The notes under the pieces are model-generated. The model did no database searches, was not told the DNA's origin, and was given only the letters and a program-made list of their open reading frames with translations. A DNA stretch of 40,610 nt, taken from IMG/VR virus record IMGVR_UViG_3300048578_000013, positions 1 to 40,610 of that record; one strand, given 5' to 3'. The translations under genes were made by a program, and so were the position numbers. The DNA is from a virus. Every line of letters begins with the position of its first letter. Position 1 is the first letter of the stretch. Positions 26,016 through 35,212 of the stretch are shown here, piece after piece.

Positions 26016-26246
26016 TTACTTCTCCCCTCCGTTGCCGGGATTACCAAAGAATCCCTTCCACGCCATTAGTAAACCGTTGATGAGAATGAACCAGTCAGCT
26101 ACGGCTTTAGGGAGCCCTTGCCAGACAGCAAAGACACCGACCGTGATTTGCAAGAATCCAAGAGTCTTCTGCCCGTGGTCAGTCCACATAAAAGCCCAGA
26201 CTGTCTTAACGTGCTCCATAATGCTGTGCGTAAAAATACTCATCAT
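26016..26246 (-). CDS. Two-TM small membrane protein (76 aa); holin candidate
   Basis: SD GGAG upstream. Hydrophobic segments LGFLQITVGVFAVWQGL and WFILINGLLMAWKGFF. Confidence 0.45.
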   Translation of the reverse strand: MMSIFTHSIMEHVKTVWAFMWTDHGQKTLGFLQITVGVFAVWQGLPKAVADWFILINGLLMAWKGFFGNPGNGGEK

Positions 26247-26254
26247 AGCTCCTA

Positions 26255-26797
26255 CTACGTGTACTCAAATTTAATCTCGCCACGAGCCCCGGCTCCGGGA
26301 GTACCCGTATCGCACCCACCGCCGCCCCCACCGGGAGCCGTTCCGGGGCTCCCACCGGAAGCTCCCCCCGCTCCGCCCGGTCCTGTGCCGCCAGCCGAGT
26401 TACCGCCGTTTCCGCTGCCCCCAGATGCCCGGCTAACACCATTACCGCCTGTCAGGTTTACGGTTCCCCCCGAGGAAGACTGCGCGGATGACATGCTAAT
26501 CGCACCGCCTCCGGTAAGTGTTCCGGATACCGTAGAGGTACCTCCATTGGCGGCTCCAACAGCGTAAGACAGGGCGTCTCCTCCGGAGCAAGCCGCCGTT
26601 CTGGAACAGTAGCCACCGCCATAACCGCCTGCGCCATCGAAAAAACCTCCCGCCGCAGTCCCGTTCTTACCCGCCCCGTACACTTTCATGACAACCTGCG
26701 TTGCCCCTGCGGGAACAGTCTCCGTCCCGGAGCCGGAAGTGTAGGTAACGGTACGGGCAATGAATCGACCGCTTCGCGCGGCCTGCAAGATGCCCAT
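26255..26797 (-). CDS. Glycine-rich fibre-associated protein (180 aa)
   Basis: TAATG coupling to the fibre gene. GGxGG-rich C-terminal half. The track N-terminal extension (to 27109) overlaps the fibre gene and was trimmed. Confidence 0.5.
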   Translation of the reverse strand: MGILQAARSGRFIARTVTYTSGSGTETVPAGATQVVMKVYGAGKNGTAAGGFFDGAGGYGGGYCSRTAACSGGDALSYAVGAANGGTSTVSGTLTGGGAISMSSAQSSSGGTVNLTGGNGVSRASGGSGNGGNSAGGTGPGGAGGASGGSPGTAPGGGGGGCDTGTPGAGARGEIKFEYT

Positions 26798-28596
26798 TAC
26801 GTCACCCCGCTGATAACGGCTTCCGTTCCCGAGTTGCACCAAATGAAGGCCATTCCACGGGCGGCAAGTGTCCGGTTCCCTGTAGTGGCCGTGTCTACAA
26901 GCCGGAGTGTTACTCCTGAGCCTTGGGTAATGGTGATGGCGGAAGCCGAGTCGTTGTAAACCGTGAACGAATAGCCTGCTGCCATGTCGCTTGTGTTGAG
27001 TGTAACCCCGGCGCTTATGGCTAGGCATTCCCCCCGCGCGAATCCGCTTGTCCGGCGCGGGATGTCCCGGAAGCCGATGCGGTGGCCGGTGCCGTTCTCC
27101 GAAAACCATACTTGGCTCGTAGCGCCCCTGTAAATTCCGGTATTCGCTTGATTTAGAAAGGAGAACGTTGGGGTGCTAGCCGAACCGTCTCCGGCTCTTA
27201 CTTCTCCTGAACTAGTGAAATGTGCAAGCTCTGTAAAAGTAATCGCCGTTCCGGCGGTGCCGCTATTGGCTCGATGGAAGTGCCAGCCCGCGCCCCCATT
27301 GTCTAAAGTGATAAGCCCCGCCGTGTCCGTTACACCATAATCGTAAACGCCGTTACTGCTGGTAAACGCAACATTAATGCCGATCCCGGCATATCCACTA
27401 CCAGATGCACCAAGCTGTACGCCTGTAGAACCGGCAACGTGTGATGCCAAAGGACCTAATGAAGCATACCGATTGTTAATTCCGCCTCTCGCGCTGCCGC
27501 TGATATAGAATTCTATGATTGATGGATACGCAACAATGGAATTAGTGTTGTTAACACCAATGATAACAGGATCGCTTTCCTTGCTCCAGATATAAAACGA
27601 ATCATCAGACCCGCTTCCGTACCCGATGTACCCTTTCTGAGTAGACAGTGTGCCGCTCTCGTAGAACGACATGTACACATTGCCGGTCGATCCGGTTGAC
27701 ACCAACTGAAACACATTGCTGCCGTTTGAAAATGCTGCGCGAAGATTTCCGCCTACCGAAACGCCGATAGTATCGGCCGCATAATTGTACAAACCCGAAT
27801 CGTTGTCACCCAAGAACGAGTACGCGGGAGCACTTGCGCTACCGGATGGAGCAAGCAGCGGATTGCTCCATGTGTGAGTTCCGCTCCACGTCGGACTGAT
27901 AGCCTGATCCAGCGCAGGAGCCCCATCAGACCGCAGGAACGTGGTGGCGCTACCATTGACTGCTGACAGCCCAATCGTGGCACTTGGGTTCGCGCCCGTT
28001 GGCAAGCTAGCCGATGTGATGTAGCCCGCATCATTCGTGAATATGCTAAGCCCGTCTCCGGGTTGAGCAGATGAATCCGCCAATGCCAAGGAAGCCAAGG
28101 TGGTTGCACTCAGTGCCACATCGTCCGCATTAACCGTTATCCCTGTCCCGGCTCCCACCGTAAGAGTACGGCTAACGGATATATCCCCGCCCCCGGTAAG
28201 CCCGGCCCCAGCGGTCAGCACTACCCCGGTATGGGCTACATGCCTGTCGGCTACATAGTTCAGAAGGGAATTATGATCTACCCCGGCCGGAAGTACATCG
28301 GCGGAGAACTGGCCGGTACCGTCGTTGTAAGTCAGGTTAACACTAGCCGTGTCTAGGAGCATGGCTCCTAGGATGTCTTGCACGGCTTCTGTTATCCCGG
28401 TAAGGGAAGCTACCGGAACATTGACCCATTTCCCGGTAGTTGAGTCGTATTCGATCAAGTCCCCGTCAGCGGGGCTAGAAATAGAAAAGTCCTCAATATC
28501 GCCAAGCTCGTGAGTATGCTTTATGAGTGCAAAGCGTATCTGCATGGCGGTAGTGAGGACTCCGTTTAGAGGCTTAGCCTCTTTATTTGAATTCAA
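26797..28596 (-). CDS. Tail fibre / tailspike (599 aa)
   Basis: N-terminal KHTHELGDIEDF motif common in phage fibres and a Gly/Ser/Thr-rich beta body. TTG start, so the start is uncertain. Confidence 0.6.
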   Translation of the reverse strand: MNSNKEAKPLNGVLTTAMQIRFALIKHTHELGDIEDFSISSPADGDLIEYDSTTGKWVNVPVASLTGITEAVQDILGAMLLDTASVNLTYNDGTGQFSADVLPAGVDHNSLLNYVADRHVAHTGVVLTAGAGLTGGGDISVSRTLTVGAGTGITVNADDVALSATTLASLALADSSAQPGDGLSIFTNDAGYITSASLPTGANPSATIGLSAVNGSATTFLRSDGAPALDQAISPTWSGTHTWSNPLLAPSGSASAPAYSFLGDNDSGLYNYAADTIGVSVGGNLRAAFSNGSNVFQLVSTGSTGNVYMSFYESGTLSTQKGYIGYGSGSDDSFYIWSKESDPVIIGVNNTNSIVAYPSIIEFYISGSARGGINNRYASLGPLASHVAGSTGVQLGASGSGYAGIGINVAFTSSNGVYDYGVTDTAGLITLDNGGAGWHFHRANSGTAGTAITFTELAHFTSSGEVRAGDGSASTPTFSFLNQANTGIYRGATSQVWFSENGTGHRIGFRDIPRRTSGFARGECLAISAGVTLNTSDMAAGYSFTVYNDSASAITITQGSGVTLRLVDTATTGNRTLAARGMAFIWCNSGTEAVISGVT

Positions 28597-28601
28597 GGAA
28601 A

Positions 28602-28623
28602 CCCGCCCCGGTTAAGGGGCGGG
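28602..28623 (-). terminator. Hairpin after the major capsid gene (partial terminator candidate)
   Basis: On the minus strand: CCCGCCCC-TTAACC-GGGGCGGG followed by TTTCCTT. Confidence 0.45.
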
Positions 28624-28641
28624 AGAACCGTCAGGTTTTTG

Positions 28642-29589
28642 TTAGCCTAGGGTCGGAACCATGATTGCCCGGCAGCCTTCTGCGCGGAGCGTCTTTGTAC
28701 CGTAAACCCGGTCCGCCGTTATGAGCATGCCAAGGGCTTCCTGCTTGTACTGCGCCTGAGTACGAACGTCCTGCTGGGTAGCAAGAACGAGCGCGTCCTT
28801 CTGGAAGAACAGGCACGGGCGGTAGAACGTCGTAGTATCCGTAGCAGCCACCGAAGCGATTGCGCTAGACACGTAGATGCTCACTCCGTACACGTCGCCC
28901 ACGAAGCCGTTGCGGATGCTGTTGCTGGCTCCCGCTTCGCCCGTGAACGCCTGTTCAGTGAACCGAGAAACACCAAGAAGGCGCTTCTTTTCCACAGGAG
29001 GAATTACGAGCACACGGTCGCGCGCCGGAACGTCCCCATCGTCGAACGTCTGGATAACACGACGGATACCGGCATCGGTCAGAGCCGCGCCGTTACCAGC
29101 GTTGGCATTGGCTGTCGGGCTGTAAGCCGTTGAGCCGTCAGAGCCGATCACGGCCCCGCTGTATGCTGCGCCAGAGTTCCATGTAGCCGCAAGATCGCGG
29201 ATGTCCGCGTCTACCTGAATAGCCAGCGCATAGCCCGCGTCATCAGTGTAGAACTTGCGAACAGAAGGCATCGCCTGTAGGGCCACAATGTCTTCCACCA
29301 CGAATGAGTATTCGTAGTGCTTGTTCAGGAGAACCTGAACTTCGTTGGCAGCTGAGGTAACGAGCGTAACAACGTTGTTAGCCGCCTTGGCAGATGCTGC
29401 GCCACGAACCGGGGCCGGTAGGTGGATGGTGTCGCCCTTCTTACCCTTGTGGTTGATCGCGCTGACGAGGCCAGCAAGAACTAGGTTCTTCTTGTAAGCC
29501 GCAATCACGTCATCCGACCAAACTTCCGGGATGAAGTTAGCGGCGTCGGTCACGTCGATTGTATTAGTATATGCTAGTGAAGTAGCCAT
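28642..29589 (-). CDS. Major capsid protein
   Basis: 315 aa downstream of a scaffold-like gene. N-terminal ...FIPEVWSDDV... resembles podovirus coat proteins. Followed by a hairpin. Confidence 0.75.
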   Translation of the reverse strand: MATSLAYTNTIDVTDAANFIPEVWSDDVIAAYKKNLVLAGLVSAINHKGKKGDTIHLPAPVRGAASAKAANNVVTLVTSAANEVQVLLNKHYEYSFVVEDIVALQAMPSVRKFYTDDAGYALAIQVDADIRDLAATWNSGAAYSGAVIGSDGSTAYSPTANANAGNGAALTDAGIRRVIQTFDDGDVPARDRVLVIPPVEKKRLLGVSRFTEQAFTGEAGASNSIRNGFVGDVYGVSIYVSSAIASVAATDTTTFYRPCLFFQKDALVLATQQDVRTQAQYKQEALGMLITADRVYGTKTLRAEGCRAIMVPTLG

Positions 29590-29618
29590 TAAAAATTACC
29601 TTTAAAAAGAGGTTGGTA

Positions 29619-30404
29619 TTAGCGAACCCGCTTTTCACGATAGGCCGTTTGGAGGTCTTCCGTATGCCACAGTCTGTCAAATCCCTCCGGGTCGTTCATC
29701 CGCATTTTCACGAGTTCGTCGCGCTTGTAGATTTTCTTCCCATCGGAACTAGGAATTACACCTGATGTTGCAGAGCCGCCCGGCTTTGCCAAAGAGGCGC
29801 GTCTAGCGCCTTCGGTTCCGGATTGCGTCTTTCTTTCCGCCCCCCCGGCTTCCGCAGTACGCTCTTTAAACGTACCGAAAAGCTCATCCGCCGCGCCGTA
29901 ATCTCCTTGGCTGGCTGCTAGAGCCATCCGCTGACGATACGGGCTTGAGCGCACCCAGTCTTGGAAATCCGGGTTGGTTAGGATTTGCGGAGCATCAGGA
30001 TATTTAGCAGAAAACCGTGATTCGGCCAAGTCGGCTTCAATGCGGGCGGTTCTCTGGTTTTGGTCGGCCTCGCGGCGTTCTATTTCCTGTCTAACTGTGC
30101 TTAGGATTACCTCGTCCGGCTTCTCAAGAAGCGCGTCCGTTGTAATGGGGTCTCGCCTTGGTGGATTTTCCTTGGATCGGTTAAGCTCTTCGCGACGAAT
30201 CCCCAAAAACTCGTCACTAAGTCTACGCAGAGTACCTACCTCGTTTCTTGCCCTGCCAAGCTCGCTCTCAGCGTTCATGTGCATTTCGGCAATTTCTTTG
30301 GCGGTCTTCCCGCGATACTTTTCCGGCAACCCATCATCATTTGGCTTGTCCTCGACGGGGGCTACTTGATTGGCTGCTTCTGGGTCCATAATTAGCGATG
30401 TCAT
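29619..30404 (-). CDS. Scaffolding protein
   Basis: 261 aa, highly charged and helical, located between the portal and capsid genes. SD AGGGAG upstream. Confidence 0.6.
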   Translation of the reverse strand: MTSLIMDPEAANQVAPVEDKPNDDGLPEKYRGKTAKEIAEMHMNAESELGRARNEVGTLRRLSDEFLGIRREELNRSKENPPRRDPITTDALLEKPDEVILSTVRQEIERREADQNQRTARIEADLAESRFSAKYPDAPQILTNPDFQDWVRSSPYRQRMALAASQGDYGAADELFGTFKERTAEAGGAERKTQSGTEGARRASLAKPGGSATSGVIPSSDGKKIYKRDELVKMRMNDPEGFDRLWHTEDLQTAYREKRVR

Positions 30405-30479
30405 ATATCAATCTCCCTTTCATTTAGCCGGGCTGCAAAAGTGCAGTTAGCCGTTGGTAACTTTTAAGGGCACCGGAGG

Positions 30480-30713
30480 TTAGTCTGTGCTTGGCTTAAT
30501 GCGGTGCTTCTTAGCCCATCTATCCCCCATGGTTGGGAACCCTTCCGGGTCTAGCCCTAGTCTGGGATCAATCCGAGGGGCAGAAATCAGCCGCGTTACG
30601 TAGTCAGATTTACATTTAGGGCATTGGGCCGTGTCCGGCATGTCCGTGTAAATCAATTCTTCAAACTTGCTTCCGCAATCAAGGCATTCGTAATCGAATA
30701 GAATACGTGCCAT
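30480..30713 (-). CDS. FmdB-type zinc-ribbon protein (77 aa)
   Basis: YECLDCGSKFE...CPKCKS pattern (CxxC-N-CxxC). Confidence 0.55.
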   Translation of the reverse strand: MARILFDYECLDCGSKFEELIYTDMPDTAQCPKCKSDYVTRLISAPRIDPRLGLDPEGFPTMGDRWAKKHRIKPSTD

Positions 30714-30715
30714 GA

Positions 30716-30958
30716 TTATTCCTCCCCCGTAAACTCGTTGCTGGCTACGATCTTGTCGTAGTTGATGACTCTGTTCAGGATTTCATCTACGCCCTTGTAG
30801 TAGTACAGCTTGTTCTCGCTGTCTATCTGGGCTAGGGCGTTCTTGTTAAGAATTTCCCGGTCATTAGTCATTTCCCGGATAAACACCCTCCAGCCGTCCG
30901 TATCCATCATTGTCTTGAGGGCGGCAATCTCTTGTCGCTGATGTTCCGTAAGAGCCAT
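30716..30958 (-). CDS. Hypothetical protein (80 aa)
   Basis: ORF between the portal gene and the zinc-ribbon gene. Confidence 0.5.
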   Translation of the reverse strand: MALTEHQRQEIAALKTMMDTDGWRVFIREMTNDREILNKNALAQIDSENKLYYYKGVDEILNRVINYDKIVASNEFTGEE

Positions 30959-30971
30959 AATCCCCTCCCCG

Positions 30972-32933
30972 TTATTCCGTTAGCTTGCTGGCATCCGCCT
31001 TGATTTTTAGAATTTTGGCTTGCGCTTCCAGCGCCTTGATGGCCAATTCTACCGCCCGCAGCTTGATCGTCTGCTGAGACATCATGTTCTGGGCTTCAAA
31101 GGCTTCCACTTCTCGTAGATTGATGGCTTGGTCAATCTGCTCCGCCATCAAACCTTCATCAAGAAGGTCGGTTTCCTTAGCCGTCTTGGCAGCGCGCGCC
31201 TGCGCAAACTGGGCTTCGGCTGCTGCTTTGACGGCCTTAGCCCGCTGCTCTTGTAGTGCCGCTTGGGCCTGCTCGAATTGCATCTGCTGTAGCTGCTGCT
31301 GCATCTGCTGCGCTTGCGGGTCAGGCTCCGGATTGATCCATTCGTCAATAGCCTTTGATATGTCGGCCTTGTGAGGGCTAGAGCTATTATCGAATACAGC
31401 CTTGGCGATCATGAAGAACGGCTTGGATTCATTGGGAACCAGAGACAGAAGTTGTGTAAGCTGGTTCTGCTCCAGTTCACGCGCCATGATTCCCATGGTT
31501 CCCTTAACGCGAAACTCGTAGTCTTGCGGGAACTGGTTGGGATCGAATTGAACGTACCGCTTGAACATCTTGTTAATGAGCGGGCGGATTAGCCTGCGCT
31601 CAATATTCTGCATCGCCTTGCGGCTACGCTTGATGAAGGCGCTTGCGGCCATTCCGCGATCCGTAGCCCCGCTTGTGTTCATGTTCAAGCCGGGGTCCAT
31701 TGCGCCTGTGGCGGTCTGGAGCATCCTCTCTAGGTCAGCGGAATTCTCGAATAGGGCAGGGTTAACCTGTCCTAGATTGATACCTTGGAGAACGTCTCCG
31801 GGGGCTCCTACGGTAGCCCAGAACTTGCCGGGCCATACGCTAAGATTAAACCCCTTAGGAAGGCGCGTAACGTCTCCGCCCATCATGGGGTGGGCTACCA
31901 ACCCCTGTGCATCCATGCGGGTGCGGAGGGTGTGGTCTAGCGCCTTCTGCGCGTGATATGCCTTTTCTGGAATTCCCCGCCCCCAGAAGTATCCGGGAAC
32001 GGAGTCAAACTGGAACGACACAAAGCTGCGGTCTTCGTTCTTGAAGGGGTTTGGCTTGGCTCCGAGGATACTTCCCTTGTTAAGGATAGTTACGATAGCC
32101 TCCACGAGAGTATCGTCCTCGTCGTCAAACAGAATCTCATCAGCCTCTGTGCTCGGCATGTACTTGGCTAGGTATTTAGCCGGTACTTTTCCGTGCCATT
32201 CCGTAATCAGGCACGCATCCCCCATTGGGGTTTTGGCAGAAACCACAGACTGGTTGATCTGCTGCATTTCCGGGCCATCGTAGGCAGATACGTCCACATT
32301 CTGAAAATATACCCCATCCGCCTGCATCTGCTTAACAATGTGGATAGGCATGAGGGTTTCATGGGCGCACCCCAACATGTCGTCTATGATCTCGGTAGAC
32401 GGGTCTGGGATGAATTGGTGTGGTTCGATGGCGAAAGCCTCTACGCAAACCTCCTCTCTCTTGCCCTCACCATAATCAACCGCCTTTACGCGAGTATTGA
32501 TCTTCATAATCCCGGTACCAGTAATGGCACCAATCAAGAATGCATTAGACAGGTTAGCCGGTACGTCGTACTTCTCAAGAAGCTCACGGAAACGGTCTCT
32601 TGCCCGAGTTATTTCTTCCCGTTGTGCCGGGTCTTGGCTCTCGTCTAGGTCTTCGTCAACCTCGAACCACTGCTCACGACCAAAGATGGCTTCTTCAATT
32701 TCGGATACGGCGGAATCCACGGCAGACATAGTAGCCGGAGAGATAATCTTGGAACGCTCCGAGGCCCGTGTCTTGTCCTTGGAATCCCAGATTCCGCGCC
32801 AAATACGGTAATACTCGTCCCAGTTTTCCTTGTGTACGGAGTCCCTGTGAGTTCTCCACGGGTCCAACTTGCCGGTAATCCAGCTAAGCAATCCCTCTGC
32901 CGGTCTCTGTACAATATCTGGAGTGTCCGCCAA
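30972..32933 (-). CDS. Portal protein
   Basis: 653 aa directly downstream of TerL with a Gln/Ala-rich C-terminal coiled coil. TTG start 1 nt after the TerL stop. Confidence 0.75.
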   Translation of the reverse strand: MADTPDIVQRPAEGLLSWITGKLDPWRTHRDSVHKENWDEYYRIWRGIWDSKDKTRASERSKIISPATMSAVDSAVSEIEEAIFGREQWFEVDEDLDESQDPAQREEITRARDRFRELLEKYDVPANLSNAFLIGAITGTGIMKINTRVKAVDYGEGKREEVCVEAFAIEPHQFIPDPSTEIIDDMLGCAHETLMPIHIVKQMQADGVYFQNVDVSAYDGPEMQQINQSVVSAKTPMGDACLITEWHGKVPAKYLAKYMPSTEADEILFDDEDDTLVEAIVTILNKGSILGAKPNPFKNEDRSFVSFQFDSVPGYFWGRGIPEKAYHAQKALDHTLRTRMDAQGLVAHPMMGGDVTRLPKGFNLSVWPGKFWATVGAPGDVLQGINLGQVNPALFENSADLERMLQTATGAMDPGLNMNTSGATDRGMAASAFIKRSRKAMQNIERRLIRPLINKMFKRYVQFDPNQFPQDYEFRVKGTMGIMARELEQNQLTQLLSLVPNESKPFFMIAKAVFDNSSSPHKADISKAIDEWINPEPDPQAQQMQQQLQQMQFEQAQAALQEQRAKAVKAAAEAQFAQARAAKTAKETDLLDEGLMAEQIDQAINLREVEAFEAQNMMSQQTIKLRAVELAIKALEAQAKILKIKADASKLTE

Positions 32934-32934
32934 G

Positions 32935-34233
32935 TTAATACCCCGTCAAGTAATCAAGTGGAGGCGGCTCGCCGCCATCGAATGTATTGTAATAAACGGT
33001 AGTAGCCATTTGGTCTATGTAGGCTAGGGCGTCTATCAGATCGTCCGGGCTTCGCGGGTCGGGAAAGTCGCACGCTTCCTCAATGAATTTGGTATTCCAA
33101 GAGCCCTCGTTGAGGCGTATGCGGCCCTTCTCGGCGCGGCCTTGTAGAGCCCATTGGATACGGTCGGCCTTCTTCTGGTTTCCGTGAGATAGAGGGATTA
33201 TCTCCATCCATCGGTTATACTTGCGCATCAAGTCGGATAGGTACGGGAGTACGGCTTGGTAGGTAACTCCCTTTTCAATGCCTACCCTCTTGGTGCCTAC
33301 GGATTTGGCGGCCTGCATTATTTGCAATGCAGTTTCGTGAACAGTCCAGCGCCCGTACCGGATTTCCTTTACCCACCACCCGGCTTCGCTGACCTTGGCT
33401 ACAGCTATGGCGGAATTATCGCGCTTAGCCGGAGCACCCCGGCGTTCCCCCACCGGCTTCTCAAATCCGGCCAAGTCACAAGCGATAACCCATTCCCCGT
33501 CTTCTGGCTCATTTGGATCAATGATGAATTGATCGGCCTTGAAGAAGTTACCGCCTTGGGATATAAAGCTGGCTTCAATTTCCTGCGACACGAGGGCTAT
33601 GCTCATGTCTGCGGTCATGGAGGCTATTTCTTCTTTGTGGATAGCCGGGTTAGCCGCACTGGTAAAGGTAAATGAGGCCCAGTTCGGGTCTCCCTCTTCC
33701 ATCCGCTGTTCTGCCACCTTGAACAGGTGGTAGAAGTGGTTCTTGCCCTTTGGCGTTCCGATAAACAGGGCGGAGCCTCTAGCCACGGAAAGGGCGGGTC
33801 TAACAACCTCGGCCCATACCGTTTCTCCCATGTCTTTGTACTCGTCCAGCACTACCGCCGACCATGTAAACCCGCGAAGGGAGTCCGGGTTGTCCGCTCC
33901 AAATAGCCGGAGGCGTCTACCATTCGGGAATACGATCAATCCCGTATTCTCGTAGACTTGGCAGGAATCTATGATGGGCTCTAGAGCGGCCTTGAGGCGG
34001 GGCCATACGTTCTTTTTACCGGCCTCGAAGGTAGGGTAGATGTAGGCTACTTCAAAGCTGTTATCCAGCTTTACCCCGCCCCACGATTCATCGCTCAGGG
34101 CTGCCACAATGAGAGAAATCGACGCTAATGTCGTTTTCCCGCTTTGTCGGCCAGCAGCAACTACCTTGAATCTGGCAGGATGATTGAATACTTCACGTTG
34201 CCTTTCGTGAAGGTTGAAATTCAGTTCTGCCAA
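32935..34233 (-). CDS. terL: Terminase large subunit
   Basis: Walker A AAGRQSGKTT, Walker B VVLDEYKD, C-terminal nuclease-like acidic motifs. TTG start with strong SD AAGGGGGGA. Confidence 0.85.
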   Translation of the reverse strand: MAELNFNLHERQREVFNHPARFKVVAAGRQSGKTTLASISLIVAALSDESWGGVKLDNSFEVAYIYPTFEAGKKNVWPRLKAALEPIIDSCQVYENTGLIVFPNGRRLRLFGADNPDSLRGFTWSAVVLDEYKDMGETVWAEVVRPALSVARGSALFIGTPKGKNHFYHLFKVAEQRMEEGDPNWASFTFTSAANPAIHKEEIASMTADMSIALVSQEIEASFISQGGNFFKADQFIIDPNEPEDGEWVIACDLAGFEKPVGERRGAPAKRDNSAIAVAKVSEAGWWVKEIRYGRWTVHETALQIMQAAKSVGTKRVGIEKGVTYQAVLPYLSDLMRKYNRWMEIIPLSHGNQKKADRIQWALQGRAEKGRIRLNEGSWNTKFIEEACDFPDPRSPDDLIDALAYIDQMATTVYYNTFDGGEPPPLDYLTGY

Positions 34234-34242
34234 AATCCCCCC

Positions 34243-34533
34243 TTAAATAGCCTGAGATACGGGGATGAATCCCGCGTTATCCGTTCTCCATTTGTTAGAG
34301 TCGCCGTCTGCTACTTCAAACACTGGTACGTGGTCTACCCAACGAGTAGACCCGGCCTCGCTCCCAAGAGCCGTAACCCGAATATTTCCGTCGTCATCGT
34401 AGGAACGAATTCTTCCAGCCCCGATGGATTTAACAGGAATGTAATCCAGCCACCTAACTAGTCCAGTAACGCTGGCTAGGAAGAATACCTTTGGGTCTGC
34501 CCCCGAATCACTCGGGGGCGTAAATGGAATCAT
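34243..34533 (-). CDS. Hypothetical protein (96 aa)
   Basis: ORF lying between TerL and the TerS-like gene. Confidence 0.5.
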   Translation of the reverse strand: MIPFTPPSDSGADPKVFFLASVTGLVRWLDYIPVKSIGAGRIRSYDDDGNIRVTALGSEAGSTRWVDHVPVFEVADGDSNKWRTDNAGFIPVSQAI

Positions 34534-34536
34534 GGA

Positions 34537-34875
34537 TTAGATGCGGGCGTAGGCGCTGTTCAGGCGTAGCACAACCACGGTCAGATCAACTGAACCGAAG
34601 TCCAGAGTACCCGCTGTGTTGTTCAGAAGAACAACTTCTACCACGTTAGCCCCGGTAACCGTCCCGACCATGATTCCGTCCGTAAGGTCTAGGCTCTGGC
34701 CGATCATAACGATATCGCCGAAGGCTGCGCCCGGAACGGAGATAGCCCCAGAAGTAGCAAAGGTACCGCTGCCGGTAGCGGCAGAGGCAAAGTTGGCTAC
34801 ATTGAACTTACCAACCCCAACTACCTCGAAAATATCCTGAAACTGGGCTGCGCCCTTACCCTTCTGAATTGCCAT
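34537..34875 (-). CDS. Hypothetical beta-rich protein (112 aa)
   Basis: Gly/Ala/Val-rich and looks structural. Function not assignable. Confidence 0.5.
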   Translation of the reverse strand: MAIQKGKGAAQFQDIFEVVGVGKFNVANFASAATGSGTFATSGAISVPGAAFGDIVMIGQSLDLTDGIMVGTVTGANVVEVVLLNNTAGTLDFGSVDLTVVVLRLNSAYARI

Positions 34876-34887
34876 GTAGATTATTCC

Positions 34888-35055
34888 TTAGTAGTTGTTG
34901 GAGTCAGTTGATTGACGGTCTTTCTGGGCCTGCGAAGGCCCGTTAACCGCCTCGTCTACGATTTCTTCGTAGGTCTTTCGCTTGCCCGTTTTGGGATCTG
35001 GCCGAGTAGGCTGCTTGGGCTTATTCAAACCGAGAACGTTCTTGATGAGTTCCAT
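34888..35055 (-). CDS. Hypothetical basic protein (55 aa)
   Basis: Internal ATG (MELIKNV...) of track ORF 34888-35103. The longer start remains possible. Confidence 0.4.
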   Translation of the reverse strand: MELIKNVLGLNKPKQPTRPDPKTGKRKTYEEIVDEAVNGPSQAQKDRQSTDSNNY

Positions 35056-35059
35056 CGCG

Positions 35060-35212
35060 TTACTTCTTGCCGTCGTCGTTTTCAGTAACTGTCTGACGAG
35101 CATCCGCTTCGCCCTGACGCGGGTCTAGCGCGCTGGAAATGTACTCAATGCCACTAGACTTGCTGGTAACAGTAGTTTCCTGATCGTCTCGGGCTTGCTG
35201 GTTAGGCTTCAT
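35060..35212 (-). CDS. Possible small acidic protein (50 aa); below the track cutoff
   Basis: The ATG overlaps the end of the TerS-like gene, with GAGGTAG upstream. My translation is MKPNQQARDDQETTVTSKSSGIEYISSALDPRQGEADARQTVTENDDGKK. Confidence 0.3.
   Translation of the reverse strand: MKPNQQARDDQETTVTSKSSGIEYISSALDPRQGEADARQTVTENDDGKK

Noticed and set aside
26255-27109. The full 284-aa version of the glycine-rich protein ORF
   Set aside because: Its first 104 codons overlap the fibre gene in another frame and are His/Arg-rich. A TAATG-coupled ATG at 26797 gives a sensible 180-aa product.
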